Shown here: one piece after another, positions 1 to 12,275 of the stretch
Numbering within the stretch: the stretch's first letter is position 1
Layout: each line of letters begins with the position of its first letter
Assembly (NCBI GenBank): GCA_052426225.1
Contig: JBNJNM010000023.1
Coordinates: 1,006,475 to 1,070,474, forward strand
Length of the DNA: 64,000 nt
Direction: 5' to 3'
Source of the DNA: Zancudomyces culisetae HAW-14-8
Taxonomy: Eukaryota; Fungi; Kickxellomycota
Translations under genes and position numbers: made by a program
The notes under the pieces: generated by a model
The model's database searches: none
What the model was told of the DNA's origin: nothing
The model's input: the letters and a program-made list of their open reading frames with translations, nothing else

Positions 1-1
1 G

Positions 2-3000
2 TATAAAAAAACTTTTAGCACCGAAAAGATTTTGGTAAAAACGAGGAGAGACGTTTTTGGTTACGACAACACCAAAATGAAACACGAACAAGAAATGCTG
101 GCTAACTTGAATACCAAATCTATCATACCAATTGTCGATAAATTTAACGTGCTTCAAGGACAGTTTTATCATGATCTAAATGCTTACAACAATAACAATG
201 AGTTTTTGCTACAAGAAATCAATGACGATAACTTGTTAAATTTGGAAAACAGCCGTTTATTTGTTGACTCTATCCAGAAAATAGAGAGTTTTAACATTAA
301 TCAGACCTTTTACAATCTCTCCAATTCTACAGCAATTAAACTTGCCAAAGATCAAACGAATCTTTACAACTCGAAAAACTATGCGGCACAGTTAATTATG
401 GATAATAGCAATTCCAATAGGCATACAAACGGGTACAACAACATGATCAAATATGATCAAATGGTGGTTGAAAAGCTTTATCAAATTTCCTCCAACTACT
501 CAGCCTTAAGGGTTGGCGAAACAAACATTGGTAGTATTGGCGGTATTAGTACTGAGGCTAGTACTAGTACAGACCAGGTTGCATTGGCTGTGTTGAGGTT
601 AAAAGCGGGAGGTATGCTTTGGAATTTGGGCAATACTGTGGATGATATTTCCGAATTTTTGAAAAAAAGCGGAGTGTCCACAAATCAAATATGGAACGAG
701 TCGTTGTTTGAAATTGGAAACAAGCCTTCGGCCGTTATAGAATCAACTGTTTCCCAGGGCAAACGGAAAGAGTTTACTGAGTTGGTTAGCGAAAGTAAAG
801 ATGACGACAGCTTTTTGGAATATTACAGTAAATTGGGTCTGTCAGGGTACTATTATTGTAAATCCGAATCGAATATCCAGGATGAAAATTGCGATTCTTC
901 TGAGTTGGTTGGTAAATCGATGCAACTTTTGACATCCTTGCTTGAAAAATATAAAAATGACATGTCCAAAAAACGTCAACTTTCAAGCCGTATTTACAAA
1001 ATGATGACAAGCAGTACAAAGCTTCAATTCCAACCAAATCCAAAGGATTACAGCTTATTGGGCTGGGTGGTTGGAATGGACGCTTTTATTCCGCAGCTCG
1101 TGGCCGCACTTAATCACCACAATGCCGTTATTGCTGAAAACATCTACAATCTGTTGTTGGCAATGCTAAACCTCAGCGATGAGCTGATTGATAAATCGCT
1201 GATACATTTAATCTCTACCGAATTATCCAATGCTGCCAGCCTACACTATTCGAACCAGTCTCGATGGATTTGTCTTTTGTTGGATTATATCAAAACTAAA
1301 GATGGCTATATTAATGTTCTTAACAATACCCAGACCTTTGTAGCTGAAAGCTCTAAAATGATGGAGTTGGAGGAGGAAAAGATTGAACGGTTACTAGTAA
1401 AATACCATCAACTACTATCTTCCCAGCCCATCCCTGGAAAGTGTATGGATACTGCAAAGATATATGACGCAATTGAGGAACAAGTTAAATTTATTCTATA
1501 TGGAGTTGGTTCTGATCCCAACAATGAGTCTTCAACTCTGAAAACGAAAACCTTAATTCTCAAATCCAACCGAAACCAGACTTTTACATCCAAATTTGGC
1601 TCGAGGTTATTAGAAGCTGTTCATAAAAGCAAAGAAAATAACGATTGGAATTGTGATGATGGATTGGGCAAGCTTCATTCCGAGATTTTTACCTACATAA
1701 ATGTCAACAACAACACTGAGGTGAAAAACCTTTCCAACTTTTTGTTTTCGGCGTGTTGGTATTCTCAGCAATACATGTACATTACTCTCCCACTGGACAA
1801 TTCATACAACTATTACGGCGCAGACAACCTAATTAGATTTTGTGGAGTTGGAAAACATGTTACTATTTTGCCAACAAAGACTCGGCCAAAAAAGATTACC
1901 TTCTTTTCAATCGATGGGTATCAAATTGAGTTCATTTTGAAGGGTAATGAGGATTTGCGAGCAGACTACTCCATTCTGTCTATTTGGAACTTGTTGAACA
2001 CCGAACTGTTCAGCTCTCCCAAACAGGGATTTTCTACGTTTGGTGTTTTGCCTATGGGTAGATCTGGTGGCTATGTCGAAGTCATTCCTGACATTTTCCC
2101 ATTGTTTGATCTGTACAAATCGCACTACAAGACAACTGGTGGATCATTCCTTTCACCTGCAAAAGTCCATGCAAATGTCAAATCCAAACTCACGAATCCA
2201 AATGATCTGTATTCAGAATTGGCAAACACATGTCCAGATAATTTATTGCTTAATCATGTTTTGCGTATGAGCAAAAATCTTGCTCATTATTATTTATCCG
2301 CAAAATCACTAGCTATTTCAGCCGGAATCATTTCGCTATTTGGATATCTCGTGGGTCTAGGAGATAGGCATTTGGATAACATTTTGTTGCTCAACAACAA
2401 TCAATTTGTGCTAATTGATTTGAATGTATGTTTTGATAAAAGTGGCTTGTTGGCGGTTCCAGAGACTGTACCCTTCAGACTTACCAGAAACATCTCGCAT
2501 TTTATTGATAGTACATTTGCAAAGCTTTATCCCCGAGTCATGACAAAATTGCTGCTTTCTATTAGAAGCAACCCCAATCTAGGTATTCTGGTCGAGTCAT
2601 TTGGTTTGAAGTGTTTAGAATTCGATCCTCTTTCTGATTGGCTGAAAATGCATTCTCTCAAAACTATGCCAAATAACACAACTGACGCTTTTGTCACAAA
2701 AAATGTCGATAATTTCAATTTGGATGATTGTAAATCGTTTGATGAGCTAGCTTCTGCGGTCAGAGTATACACAAGAAGGCTCTGCCTGGATAAAGGCACA
2801 TTAGCATCACACTTGGACCACTCTAACCTCATCCCTCTGGTTCCATCCATACTTGTAAACTCCGGTAAAGCCAGCTCTCCAAACACTTCATCAGTATCAG
2901 CATCTCCATCGCCGTGTTCCATGAACGAGCCATCAAGTTCTCTGCTTTTGGATGATTGTTTGAATTTTGCACGGCTAGTGGGTGTTAGTAACACACTGAG

Positions 3001-3157
3001 AACCGGATCTAAATTCAAAGACCTAACCTTGGCAATTCAACATAATAGTGCTGACAATTTGGTAAATGTGGAAAGAATTGTTGAGAATTTGATTTCGTGT
3101 GCTACCAGCGAAAAAAATCTAGTGAGGATGTATGCGGGGTGGTCATTTTGGTTTTAA
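2..3157 (+). CDS. SMG1: PIKK-family Ser/Thr kinase, SMG1-like (5'-partial; the frame is open from the window start)
   Basis: Motifs TKTRPKK, LKGNEDLR, GLGDRHLDNILL and IDLNVCFDK..LAVPETVPFRLTRNI, with a C-terminal FATC ATSEKNLVRMYAGWSFWF. DRHLDN and NVCF resemble SMG1 rather than TOR/ATM/ATR. No in-frame stop between 2 and 32. Confidence 0.88.
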   Translation, partial: YKKTFSTEKILVKTRRDVFGYDNTKMKHEQEMLANLNTKSIIPIVDKFNVLQGQFYHDLNAYNNNNEFLLQEINDDNLLNLENSRLFVDSIQKIESFNINQTFYNLSNSTAIKLAKDQTNLYNSKNYAAQLIMDNSNSNRHTNGYNNMIKYDQMVVEKLYQISSNYSALRVGETNIGSIGGISTEASTSTDQVALAVLRLKAGGMLWNLGNTVDDISEFLKKSGVSTNQIWNESLFEIGNKPSAVIESTVSQGKRKEFTELVSESKDDDSFLEYYSKLGLSGYYYCKSESNIQDENCDSSELVGKSMQLLTSLLEKYKNDMSKKRQLSSRIYKMMTSSTKLQFQPNPKDYSLLGWVVGMDAFIPQLVAALNHHNAVIAENIYNLLLAMLNLSDELIDKSLIHLISTELSNAASLHYSNQSRWICLLLDYIKTKDGYINVLNNTQTFVAESSKMMELEEEKIERLLVKYHQLLSSQPIPGKCMDTAKIYDAIEEQVKFILYGVGSDPNNESSTLKTKTLILKSNRNQTFTSKFGSRLLEAVHKSKENNDWNCDDGLGKLHSEIFTYINVNNNTEVKNLSNFLFSACWYSQQYMYITLPLDNSYNYYGADNLIRFCGVGKHVTILPTKTRPKKITFFSIDGYQIEFILKGNEDLRADYSILSIWNLLNTELFSSPKQGFSTFGVLPMGRSGGYVEVIPDIFPLFDLYKSHYKTTGGSFLSPAKVHANVKSKLTNPNDLYSELANTCPDNLLLNHVLRMSKNLAHYYLSAKSLAISAGIISLFGYLVGLGDRHLDNILLLNNNQFVLIDLNVCFDKSGLLAVPETVPFRLTRNISHFIDSTFAKLYPRVMTKLLLSIRSNPNLGILVESFGLKCLEFDPLSDWLKMHSLKTMPNNTTDAFVTKNVDNFNLDDCKSFDELASAVRVYTRRLCLDKGTLASHLDHSNLIPLVPSILVNSGKASSPNTSSVSASPSPCSMNEPSSSLLLDDCLNFARLVGVSNTLRTGSKFKDLTLAIQHNSADNLVNVERIVENLISCATSEKNLVRMYAGWSFWF

Positions 3158-3735
3158 ATGGTGACTATATTATTTTACGCGTTTTTCCTCGGCAAATTTG
3201 AATTGGTAATGTTTGTACTACCAGCTTTTGTTTTTCAATAATTTCTAGTGATGTTTATAGCTATGTTATGTGTATGGGAGATTGCATGCGAATAAAATCC
3301 AACACTATCCTTGGTTTTGACTTGATTGTTTGTCATGTCTTTATAATGCGCAGTGTAGTATTTGCATACAACTTGTGCGGTTTTCATATTGAATGCAGTA
3401 TAAAAATAAATAACAATAGGCAATATTTACAATGCCTGATCAATTGAATGAAATTGGTGATTTTCTTCAAGCGTTTACAAGAGCGTTTGGATCGTAAAAG
3501 CTGTATTTAAAAGCTAAGTAATATAATTTAAGGGTTGAAGTGAATAAATGCGGAAGAACAGGGTTTTGTTTTATATAGGTCGAGAGGAAAAACAAATATA
3601 CTAGAAATCAATAAACTCATTTACTCCTATGGTATTTCTCGTTGAAAAACGACAATATTTTTTTGAGCGCAATAGCAGAAGAAATTAATACTGAACAATG
3701 TTTATGATTTTTTCAATACATTTTATCTGTTGGAA

Positions 3736-3740
<5 letters not shown>

Positions 3741-3770
<30 letters not shown>
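3741..3770. repeat. (GA)n microsatellite
   Basis: Perfect GA run of about 15 units. Confidence 0.9.
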
Positions 3771-3773
<3 letters not shown>

Positions 3774-4982
3774 AAAAGGGAGATAATGCGAAGGGTGTTA
3801 TACACATCGTTTTGTCGAGGTTCGAGGAGTATAAAAGTGGTGATATCACTTTAAGATTCCAAATCGAGTTTCCAGAATTTTTATTTTCTATTTTCCTACG
3901 TGTATATCAACATTACATTGATTCATAAACATCCATAAACGTACAGGTGTCTGGATAAAAAAAAGTAAATACGAATAATAAGGTGGCACAATTATCCAAG
4001 TTTATATTAAAAGCATAGGCTATATATTAATACTACAATAATAACCAGTATTTACCAAACACAGCCAACTAGATCGTGATTGGAAAAATGATAACAGTTC
4101 AAATGGAAGACTCAAACAACTGCAGTTTTATCTATAGTGACTGCTTTTGCCGAACCGGAAGAAAATGCGTATCAAATTGCCGTTGCAGTTGTGGATATTG
4201 TTTTAACTAGCTAAAAGAAAGGGCATACTATTTTTATATCCTATAAACGTTGTAGGAGGTTATACGTTAATAAAAACAGTCCACACATAAATATACATAA
4301 TATCTGATTTGTTCAAACATGTTCATTTTCTAGATGGGATTGTGAATGGGTTTATTAGAGTCTCTGTAAAAGTGTATTTCCCACCAATTTTTAAACATGA
4401 AAACTCAATATTATGGGTGTATTGGTATGAACAGCTGGGCTAGTAAAATAAAAGCTCTTTTAAAAGTAGTGCCAACTGACAAGTAAACCTAAAATACTGT
4501 CAAATCCACCAATTATTATAGTGGAAAATGTGCACTATCCCTTGTACATAAGAGAATATTTAATACTTTATGTGCTTCAAAACATTTCAGCTCTTTCAGT
4601 TTTGTAGCCTTTTGACGATGAAATGAAAGTTGTGAAAAACCGTCCTCCCCCAAAAAACTTTATAAAGTAACTTGTGCTTGCCATCCTTATAAAACCGGAG
4701 CTATACCCCTCCCCCACCTCCCTCGGATTCAATTGACCTTTTGGAGGCCAAAAACCCTTTACAGATACCTAAGTTTCCTCCTTTTTTTTTAATTTAGAAG
4801 TCAAATTTGAATGAAATATAGCCAAATGATTGTATATTGGTAAAAATAGTATTAATTTTTCTTGGAATAGTTCCATATTGATGGTACCAACTCGATTATT
4901 ACATTGTACATTACATAGAGTTCAAAGCTTCGGATTGAAAATCAACACATTAAACAATCAAGTGTCCAAGCCAAAAAAAAAA

Positions 4983-6555
4983 TTATAAATCGCATCCAAA
5001 CTCCTTCAAAGTATTAGCAACGCGCTGGATTCCAGAATCGATTTGCTCAATGGTGGCAAAACTATAGGCCAGTCTGAAATAAGGGTAGTTTTTGACAGGC
5101 TCGGTATCTTGAGATGTATGGCATTGCCACCCAGAAACCAAAAGTATATTGTTTTCTATAAGCTTGTTAAATATAATATCTGCAATTCCGGGTGTTGACT
5201 TGTGTGGTTCAGGCAAGTTAATTTCCATCCAGATAAACATACCACTGTCGGGAACAACTACCGAGACAGCTTTATTTCCGAGGTATTTTTCCATTGCATT
5301 GAGCATGCAGTTACGCTTTGATATATAGTCAACTTGTAGGAAGCGAATATGTTCTTCAAAGCCAGCATCCTTCCACTCATCGTTGAGGAGTTTAGAAATA
5401 AGGCCCTGTGAAAACCCACTGGCTTGTTGAACGGTGCTCTCAGTGCTTTTAAGAATGGCGTCTATAAAATAGTCTTGGCCAGTGATCCAACCAATACGCG
5501 TGTTTGGCGTGATGAGTTTGCTGAAAGTATCCATTCGTACTACACGACCATCTACATCAAGCGAAAGTAGCGAAGGCAGCAGATTTTCAACACCAGGCAA
5601 TTTGGAAAAATAAGATTCTGACTGCTCTTCATGGTGGACAACTGGAAGGCCACCAAACTGGATGAAGTAGTACGGGTCATCTTCAATAATCATCAAGTTG
5701 TGTTTCTGACAGACGCTGTAAATATCTTTTCGTCGCTGAACAGACATTGTGGCACCAGTTGGGTTTTGACCAGTAGGAATCAGATATACCACCTTGAGCT
5801 TTTGTGGACCAGTCCATTCTGTGCATACTCTGTCAAGCGCTTCAGGGTTCATACCCTCATTGTCCATACCCACTGAAACCATCTTGTAGCCAGCACCAGC
5901 AAATGTTTCAATTACCGCAGGATACGTCCATTGACATACAACAACAGGATCCCCGCGCGTCAAAAACAGAGCAGCAACCTTATTCAGCGCATCAGTACTG
6001 CCTACAGACATAATACTCTCCATGTTAGAGTACTGCGGGGTGTGGTATCTGCGCATGTGGTGGCTAAAGTAATGGCTCAAGCTCTTCACCCCGGTAGATG
6101 GGCCGTATTGGAGTAAAGAATTGAGTGACTCGACCTTGCTACCGTTTTCAACGCTTTTTTTTACCGATATCTCGGTATACTCGTTCAGTTTCTCCTCATC
6201 ATGAGCGCGGGTACCTGGTTTTATCACTTTTGCAGAATACTCGAGAAATGGAAAAACACTTGGATGAGGCCAACCTTGTTTATTTATTTTACAAGTAAAG
6301 GTCAGAGTTTAATTTAAAGAGTAGATTGGTCATGTCCAAAAAGACAAAATATAGTAAAATGGAACGAATTTATGATGACATACCTCCACCAAGGGAAATC
6401 AATCCAGGTTTGTTAATGTGTTCAAGAAATGCTTTCATAGGATTGCTCTTGCGGCTTCTGGTAATCTCACTTAGCATCTCTGTGAAGTCCAAGCCCCTAT
6501 TGGTAGGAGTAGAGGATGCAGGCTTTTCAGCGGTTCCAGTTTTCGTTGCAAGCAT
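4983..6555 (-). CDS. ARO8: PLP-dependent class I/II aminotransferase, Aro8/2-aminoadipate transaminase type; two exons, join(6555..6384, 6274..4983)
   Basis: Exon 1 ends ISLGG-G. The intron at 6383..6275 runs GTATGT...AAG, and splicing restores ISLGGGWPHPSVFPF. Other motifs: LQYG, PTGQNPTG, IIEDDPY, DTFSK (PLP lysine), R.GW, YFRLAYS. Confidence 0.88.
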
Positions 6556-8297
6556 ACTAGTCTTTGTTTCCTCTGTGATTTCAACTGGAAAGTTGTATGT
6601 AGATTTTGAAGTTGTATATACTCACTGGCTAGCAAAACTTTAATATTCTAAGAATAAGAAAGGTGTATATATTTATAAGAAACTAAAACTAAAGACTGCT
6701 AATATGTTTCAAAAAGAATGTTGCTTATATTTTGTATTTATAAAGCTTTTGTTTCATTTTTTCGTTCAATCTACAATACTGAATTTTCATTAGCCTATTA
6801 CGTCGAAATTAGCGCAAATTTAGTAATAGAGTTAATCTGTAAACTACGCGATTAAAATTGTGCTGAACCCAAATCACAAATAGTGACAGAGTATAAAATC
6901 AACCGCATGTGATTCAAATTGGTAAATGACTCAGTGTGTAGATAAAATACTTCATAAAGAGATTAACAACCAGTGATAAATCAGTTTGTATTTTGCACTT
7001 AGACCCATGTAGTTTTTTTTTTTGCTGGGAAAATCAAACCCCCTGTTAGTTCCATTTGATGAAGTACAGTTTCATAGCTAGTTTTGCAATTTTTTTAAAT
7101 GTCACGCTTTGTGAGAATCCATAGTTGCAATACTTGTTTTTACAATTTTTGGAGTTTATTTGATAAAGGCAGATTATCTCGATTCCATGCTAACCAAGCT
7201 AGAGTGAATATGGCAATTGGCTATAGCTCAAAACTGATTAACGAATAAATAATAAAGAAATAAAGGACTAGACCCAGTAAACTTGTAGGGGAAAAAAGAT
7301 TGCGTTGGCCTATTATATCTGTACAACCAAGTTGAACCAATATTGGTATTAGGATTAAAAAAAGAAGGTTATCCGACTTGAGATCCAAACAACAATACCA
7401 GAATTGTCCTTAGTATCAGTATTAGACTTTTAGATTCAATATTCAAGGCGAGTACTTGCGCAGTCGGATGAGATAATAAAATATATTCAATACAATGCTA
7501 CTGACATAAAAGTAGAAAATGGACTTTTACAAGGTTCTGGCTAATGAAAACAGTAAGCAAGGGACAGTATGATGTTCAGGTATGTCAAATCGTTTCTCTA
7601 CTTCAAGAGTCAGTGAGTTGTGGCTAGATGTAGAAAAAGAAGACACTGGATTGAAAACTCAACAAATATATGACGATAGCCATCTGAAGCATGTATGTGC
7701 TTAAAACCGAGAATGCTTTATCAAAGTATATACTACAATGTGCTTTGAGTGTTCCCAAATTTGTAAAAACACATTTTATCCATATTATCACACCCCGTGA
7801 GATATTAATAAAGGCAGTGCAGCTCTGTATTAGTTTGAACCTGAATTTCAAAAAAAATACTTTATAAAAATTTAAAGTCGTAAAATCAACCCACTATATA
7901 TTGAGAAAAGGATTTATCCTCTAGAAATATTCAACCTAGCTATTTAGTTTTAAAACGCTAACAAAGTGCGAATATTTAACTTTGTCAGCATTAAAATCTA
8001 TCAAGTATTATCTCATTTAAATAACAATAGTGTAAGGGATTATTCGATATATCTAAATCTTGTGTATATGACCTAGATAAAATATTGATGAGATACACAG
8101 GCCACTTGCTGGATTATTTTTACTTTTTTATCATCAAAAAACTGCAAATAACGTAAAATGTATTTAATTAAAATTGAAATGAACACTCTTCATGAGCATA
8201 TTGTCGTATATTTATAATGATAGTAATGACTTTAAAAATAAAAAAAGCTTATTGCGCATCATTGGATTAAAAGCTTATCAAATCTATGACCCTAATG

Positions 8298-9740
8298 TTA
8301 TATTATTGCAGCGAGTGGGCTAACACCTAAGCTAGGTAGGCTAGAGGTAGAGGTTTCAGTGGATGTAGGGCTTTCACTAGATGTAGAGGTTTCAGTGGAT
8401 GTAGGGCTTTCACTAGATGTAGAGGTTTCAGTGGATGTAGGGCTTTCACTAGATGTAGAGGTTTCAGTGGATGTAGGGCTTTCACTAGATGTAGAGGTTT
8501 CAGTGGATGTAGGGCTTTCACTAGATGTAGAGGTTTCAGTGGATGTAGGGCTTTCACTAGATGTAGTGGCTTCAGTAGATGTAGGGCTTTCAGTAGATGT
8601 AGTGGCTTCAGTGGATGTAGAGGATTGAGCAGATGTAATGGCTTCAGTGGATGTAGAGGATTGAGTAGATGTAATGGCTTCAGTGAATGTAGAGGATTGA
8701 GCAGATGTAATGGCTTCAGTGGATGTAGTAGCTTCAGTGGATGTAGAGGATTGAGCAGATGTAATGGCTTCAGTGGATGTAGAGGATTGAGTAGATGTAA
8801 TGGCTTCAGTGGATGTAGTAGCTTCAGTGGATGTAGAGGATTGAGCAGATGTAATGGTTTCAGTAGATGTAGGGCTTTCAGTAGATGTAGTAGCTTCAGT
8901 GGATGTAGAGGATTGAGCAGATGTAATGGCTTCACTGAATGTAGAGGATTGAGTAGATGTAATGGCTTCAGTGGATGTAGAGGGTTGAGTAGATGTAATG
9001 GCTTCAGTGGATGTAGGGGCTTCAGTGGATGTAGGGGCTTCAGACTCACTTGGTTGACTTTGAGCACTTGAATGGGTAGGACGGTGACGATGGTGCCTAC
9101 GGTGTCTGCGATGTCTGCGATATCTGCGACGATGACGATGCGGTGGAGGCGAAGGTGGGGGAGGTGGGGGAGGTGGTGGTCTGTATACTGGTCTACGGAT
9201 TGGTCTACATGGTCGATGACGATGACGACGGTGCCAACATACCCGCTTACACACTCGTTTACATGGTCGATGGCGATGGCGATGAAGATGGCGATGACGA
9301 CAGCGGTGATGATGGTGACGATGGCGATGGAAATGGAGATGGCGATGACGGCAGCGGTGATGATGGTGACGATGGCGATGGCAATGGAGATGACGATGAC
9401 GATGGTGACAATGACGATGACGATGGTGACAATGACGATGACGATGACGATGACGATGACAACACTTGAGTTCTACGTATTCTGCGTCATTGCTTGGAAA
9501 ATAAACGTTATTAAGAGCTACTACACCTTTGTTTTTTTTTATGTCTTTTATGTGGTCAAGCTGACCTTGTGGGGATACATTCTTCCCTATACTCTCATCT
9601 TTCTCCAAAGTTTTCCCTATAGTCTTACTATTCTGTGATGAAAGTTGCTTAACAATCTCGATTTGATTAACCCCATTGCCATAAGAATGTGCGGACACAG
9701 AAAAAAGTGCAATGAGATACAGTAATTTAAGCTTAGCCAT
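8298..9740 (-). CDS. Secreted block-structured protein: signal peptide, His/Arg/Cys repeats, poly-Pro, Ser/Thr/Glu mucin-like repeats
   Basis: ATG at 9740 gives MAKLKLLYLIALFSVSAHS, a hydrophobic leader. It is followed by KCCHRHRHRH..., PCKRVCKRVCW, a P-run and TSTE repeats. A TATA-like sequence lies upstream and a paralogous pseudogene lies at 44.4-44.8 kb. Confidence 0.8.
   Translation of the reverse strand: MAKLKLLYLIALFSVSAHSYGNGVNQIEIVKQLSSQNSKTIGKTLEKDESIGKNVSPQGQLDHIKDIKKNKGVVALNNVYFPSNDAEYVELKCCHRHRHRHRHCHHRHRHCHHRHRHLHCHRHRHHHHRCRHRHLHFHRHRHHHHRCRHRHLHRHRHRPCKRVCKRVCWHRRHRHRPCRPIRRPVYRPPPPPPPPPSPPPHRHRRRYRRHRRHRRHHRHRPTHSSAQSQPSESEAPTSTEAPTSTEAITSTQPSTSTEAITSTQSSTFSEAITSAQSSTSTEATTSTESPTSTETITSAQSSTSTEATTSTEAITSTQSSTSTEAITSAQSSTSTEATTSTEAITSAQSSTFTEAITSTQSSTSTEAITSAQSSTSTEATTSTESPTSTEATTSSESPTSTETSTSSESPTSTETSTSSESPTSTETSTSSESPTSTETSTSSESPTSTETSTSSESPTSTETSTSSLPSLGVSPLAAII
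8340..9045 (-). repeat. Coding tandem repeats with 18/36-nt units (TSTETSTSSESP; TSTEAITSAQSS)
   Basis: Near-identical 36-nt units at 8340-8570, with degenerate 18-nt units upstream in the gene. Confidence 0.9.
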
Positions 9741-11843
9741 CCTGTGCACTTGGTTTGGCTATTTACTCTTAGTGTTGCTAATACCTTTTATAACCGGGTT
9801 CTTGTTAAGCGTGAACTGTAGCTACAACAATCCTATGAGCGCCGCAAATAGATGATTTCTATTATATCAGTAGATTTTGACCTGGGGGGCTCAATTTCAA
9901 AATATGACGCTGCTAAAATACAACTGCAATATTTTAACATTTGCTATGGCTTACTATCAAACTGAAGATAAAGTAAATTGATATGAATTACAATCACAGC
10001 ATGATTCGACACTATTTATATATTTTCCAGATAGTGGTGTATTTCTACTATCTCTACTTGAATCACACATTAAGAACAAAACTGAAAAATAGAATGATAT
10101 GTTTATTTTTTGACTAGAATGATATGGTAATAGCCACAAAATCAACTCAAATTCAGAAAAGGTATTAAACTACAACTTCATATTTCTAAATCATCTGGAA
10201 GCATTTAATTATATGTTTACTAGTATTTTATTAACTTTACTATACAGAAAATTAATACTTGAACGCTATGATAGGCAAAAAATATAGTTTAACTCAGATA
10301 CCTATGAATTTTTGACTAGAACCCATTTAATATATTCCAAACAATGAAAAAGAAGACAAACTATGTATTTATTCAAGAACTTAATCCTTCATCTAGAGCC
10401 AAAAAAATATTATTGAAAAAAACAATTTTCACTTTAGAAAATGAAAGGAAAGTAGAGAACTCTAGAAGTAACATAAAGCGAGTGTAACTATATTAATTAG
10501 GTTTGTGACAGTTTACATAAAGGTAATAGGCCTCCTAGTAAACGTTCAATTGGCATTCAATTAGCAATATTGAAGTACATTTCTAGTAAAGTCAAAAACA
10601 TATATTAAAGCATGCCAACTTGAACCTATGATTATTATTTTTTGATTGTCTAGGATCGTCTAGTTACGCTATTTCAAACTTGAACCATTTATTTCCCTCA
10701 ATGTCGGCTGTCTTTCCTGTGCAAATCAATTAGTTGCGCTCCTTCTAACATTTAAAGAATAGATAGCCCACTAGAATTGTATTAGAAAGTATTGCTTTGT
10801 ACGAGTAGCTAGCATCCTCCATGTTTCTGTTGGAAGTTTTACTGTTGAACTTAACATTTCTTTCAAATTAAAATTGATTTTAGCCTGGATAGTTGACTAC
10901 TTGGTTAAAGAGTGAAGTTTACCAAAAGTATCGGAATACCCTTGCTCAATAACCTTACCTCCACACATTTGTAGTTGTAATAAATGTCAGTACAATATGT
11001 CTTAAATATTTTTCAACTTTCAATACATTTTGACCCACCTGGGTCCGTTTTCATTTCTCCGTGCTCCAGAAAGTAATCGTAATAAAGTCTTGATTATTTT
11101 TCTATTCTTGGTCATTTAATTTACCCAATTAATATTGGAACGGAGTATTTTTCTTGGTTAAATTTTTGTTGAAGGTTTGTTAAAACCACGGTAAAACATG
11201 TAGTGTTAATGGATTCGTTACAGGCGTTATTTTGGTTTAATAAAACATTTGTAATAATTATGTTATCGGAGAATAAGTAAGAAACTGGTAAATGCTCCGA
11301 AAATAAAAAGATTCGAAAATTTTAACCTAGCAACAGCTCCTTAACCCAATAAAATAGTACATTTATGTTTAATATACTCTTTATTTTAACCCGGGAATCC
11401 TAGACTATTAGTATATAAAACTAAAACATTACGTTATTTTGATTAGTAATATAAATCAGTAAATACCGATTATATATGTACACCATGCCACTATTTCACC
11501 GCATAATAACTAGTACTTGTATGTTCAGCCGAATTTAGGCATATTAAATGAGTATTTTTCTAATAATAGATCTGTTAAATAGTTACAAATACTATTAGGA
11601 ATCAACATGCGAAAAATTATAGCAGCAGAGTGTAGCTAGATTTAGTTTTTTTTCTATTACTAAGCTATTTTTAGCATTCGTATATTCAACCGGCATGTAA
11701 TAAGTGTTTTAGATTTTACACCATAATGTATAAAAGGGGTAAAATTTCTTTTAAGATTTATCTTCAATATTTTAACATAATTGAGCAATTCCTTGATTTA
11801 AACCATACACTTTAAGCATATTATTCATATATTGGAACTAAAC

Positions 11844-12275
11844 ATGGTCAATCTTTTGGTAACAAGTGCATTTTTACTGGCTTCAGGATTTGCAGCTGGC
11901 GCAAATATTTCAAGTGTCCAGGTACCCAACACTAACGGAACCGCTGAAAATTCTGCAAACCACTACAAACGATATGGAGGAGGCGGACCTATCATGAATA
12001 TTCAAATGTTTAATACATGCTTCTATAAAGGCGCAATAGGCTCAATAAAAATACAACCAAATATCTGTTATAACTTGCCAAGTATCAATTCATGTATCCT
12101 TGATGGTGGTAATCCTGGTGAAGGTAAAATCATGTTTTTCACCCAGAATAATTGTATGGGACCAGGAAAAAGCAATCTGAGAAGCCAATGGTTATATCCC
12201 GGATGCATGGATGGTGACCTCGGAGGGCATGCATATTCAGTGCTCTGGCTTGATCCAGTGCCCCAATGTGTCTAA
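11844..12275 (+). CDS. Small secreted Cys-patterned protein, family member A (betagamma-crystallin/killer-toxin-like, inferred)
   Basis: Leader MVNLLVTSAFLLASGFAAG and a KR site. Family motif PNICYN..S..G.IMF...NC.G..GG.A.SV.W. TATAAAA at 11729. Confidence 0.8.
   Translation: MVNLLVTSAFLLASGFAAGANISSVQVPNTNGTAENSANHYKRYGGGGPIMNIQMFNTCFYKGAIGSIKIQPNICYNLPSINSCILDGGNPGEGKIMFFTQNNCMGPGKSNLRSQWLYPGCMDGDLGGHAYSVLWLDPVPQCV

Noticed and set aside
8327-9638. Alternative ORFs (PLHLL, SRCNGF, poly-D, poly-MT, poly-S)
   Set aside because: Shadow frames of the repeats. The pseudogene paralogue supports the minus-strand His/Arg frame.
10430-11250. Coding-like patches here and at 7400-7850
   Set aside because: No recognisable motif or sustained ORF. 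They may be old element relics, but I cannot support a call.
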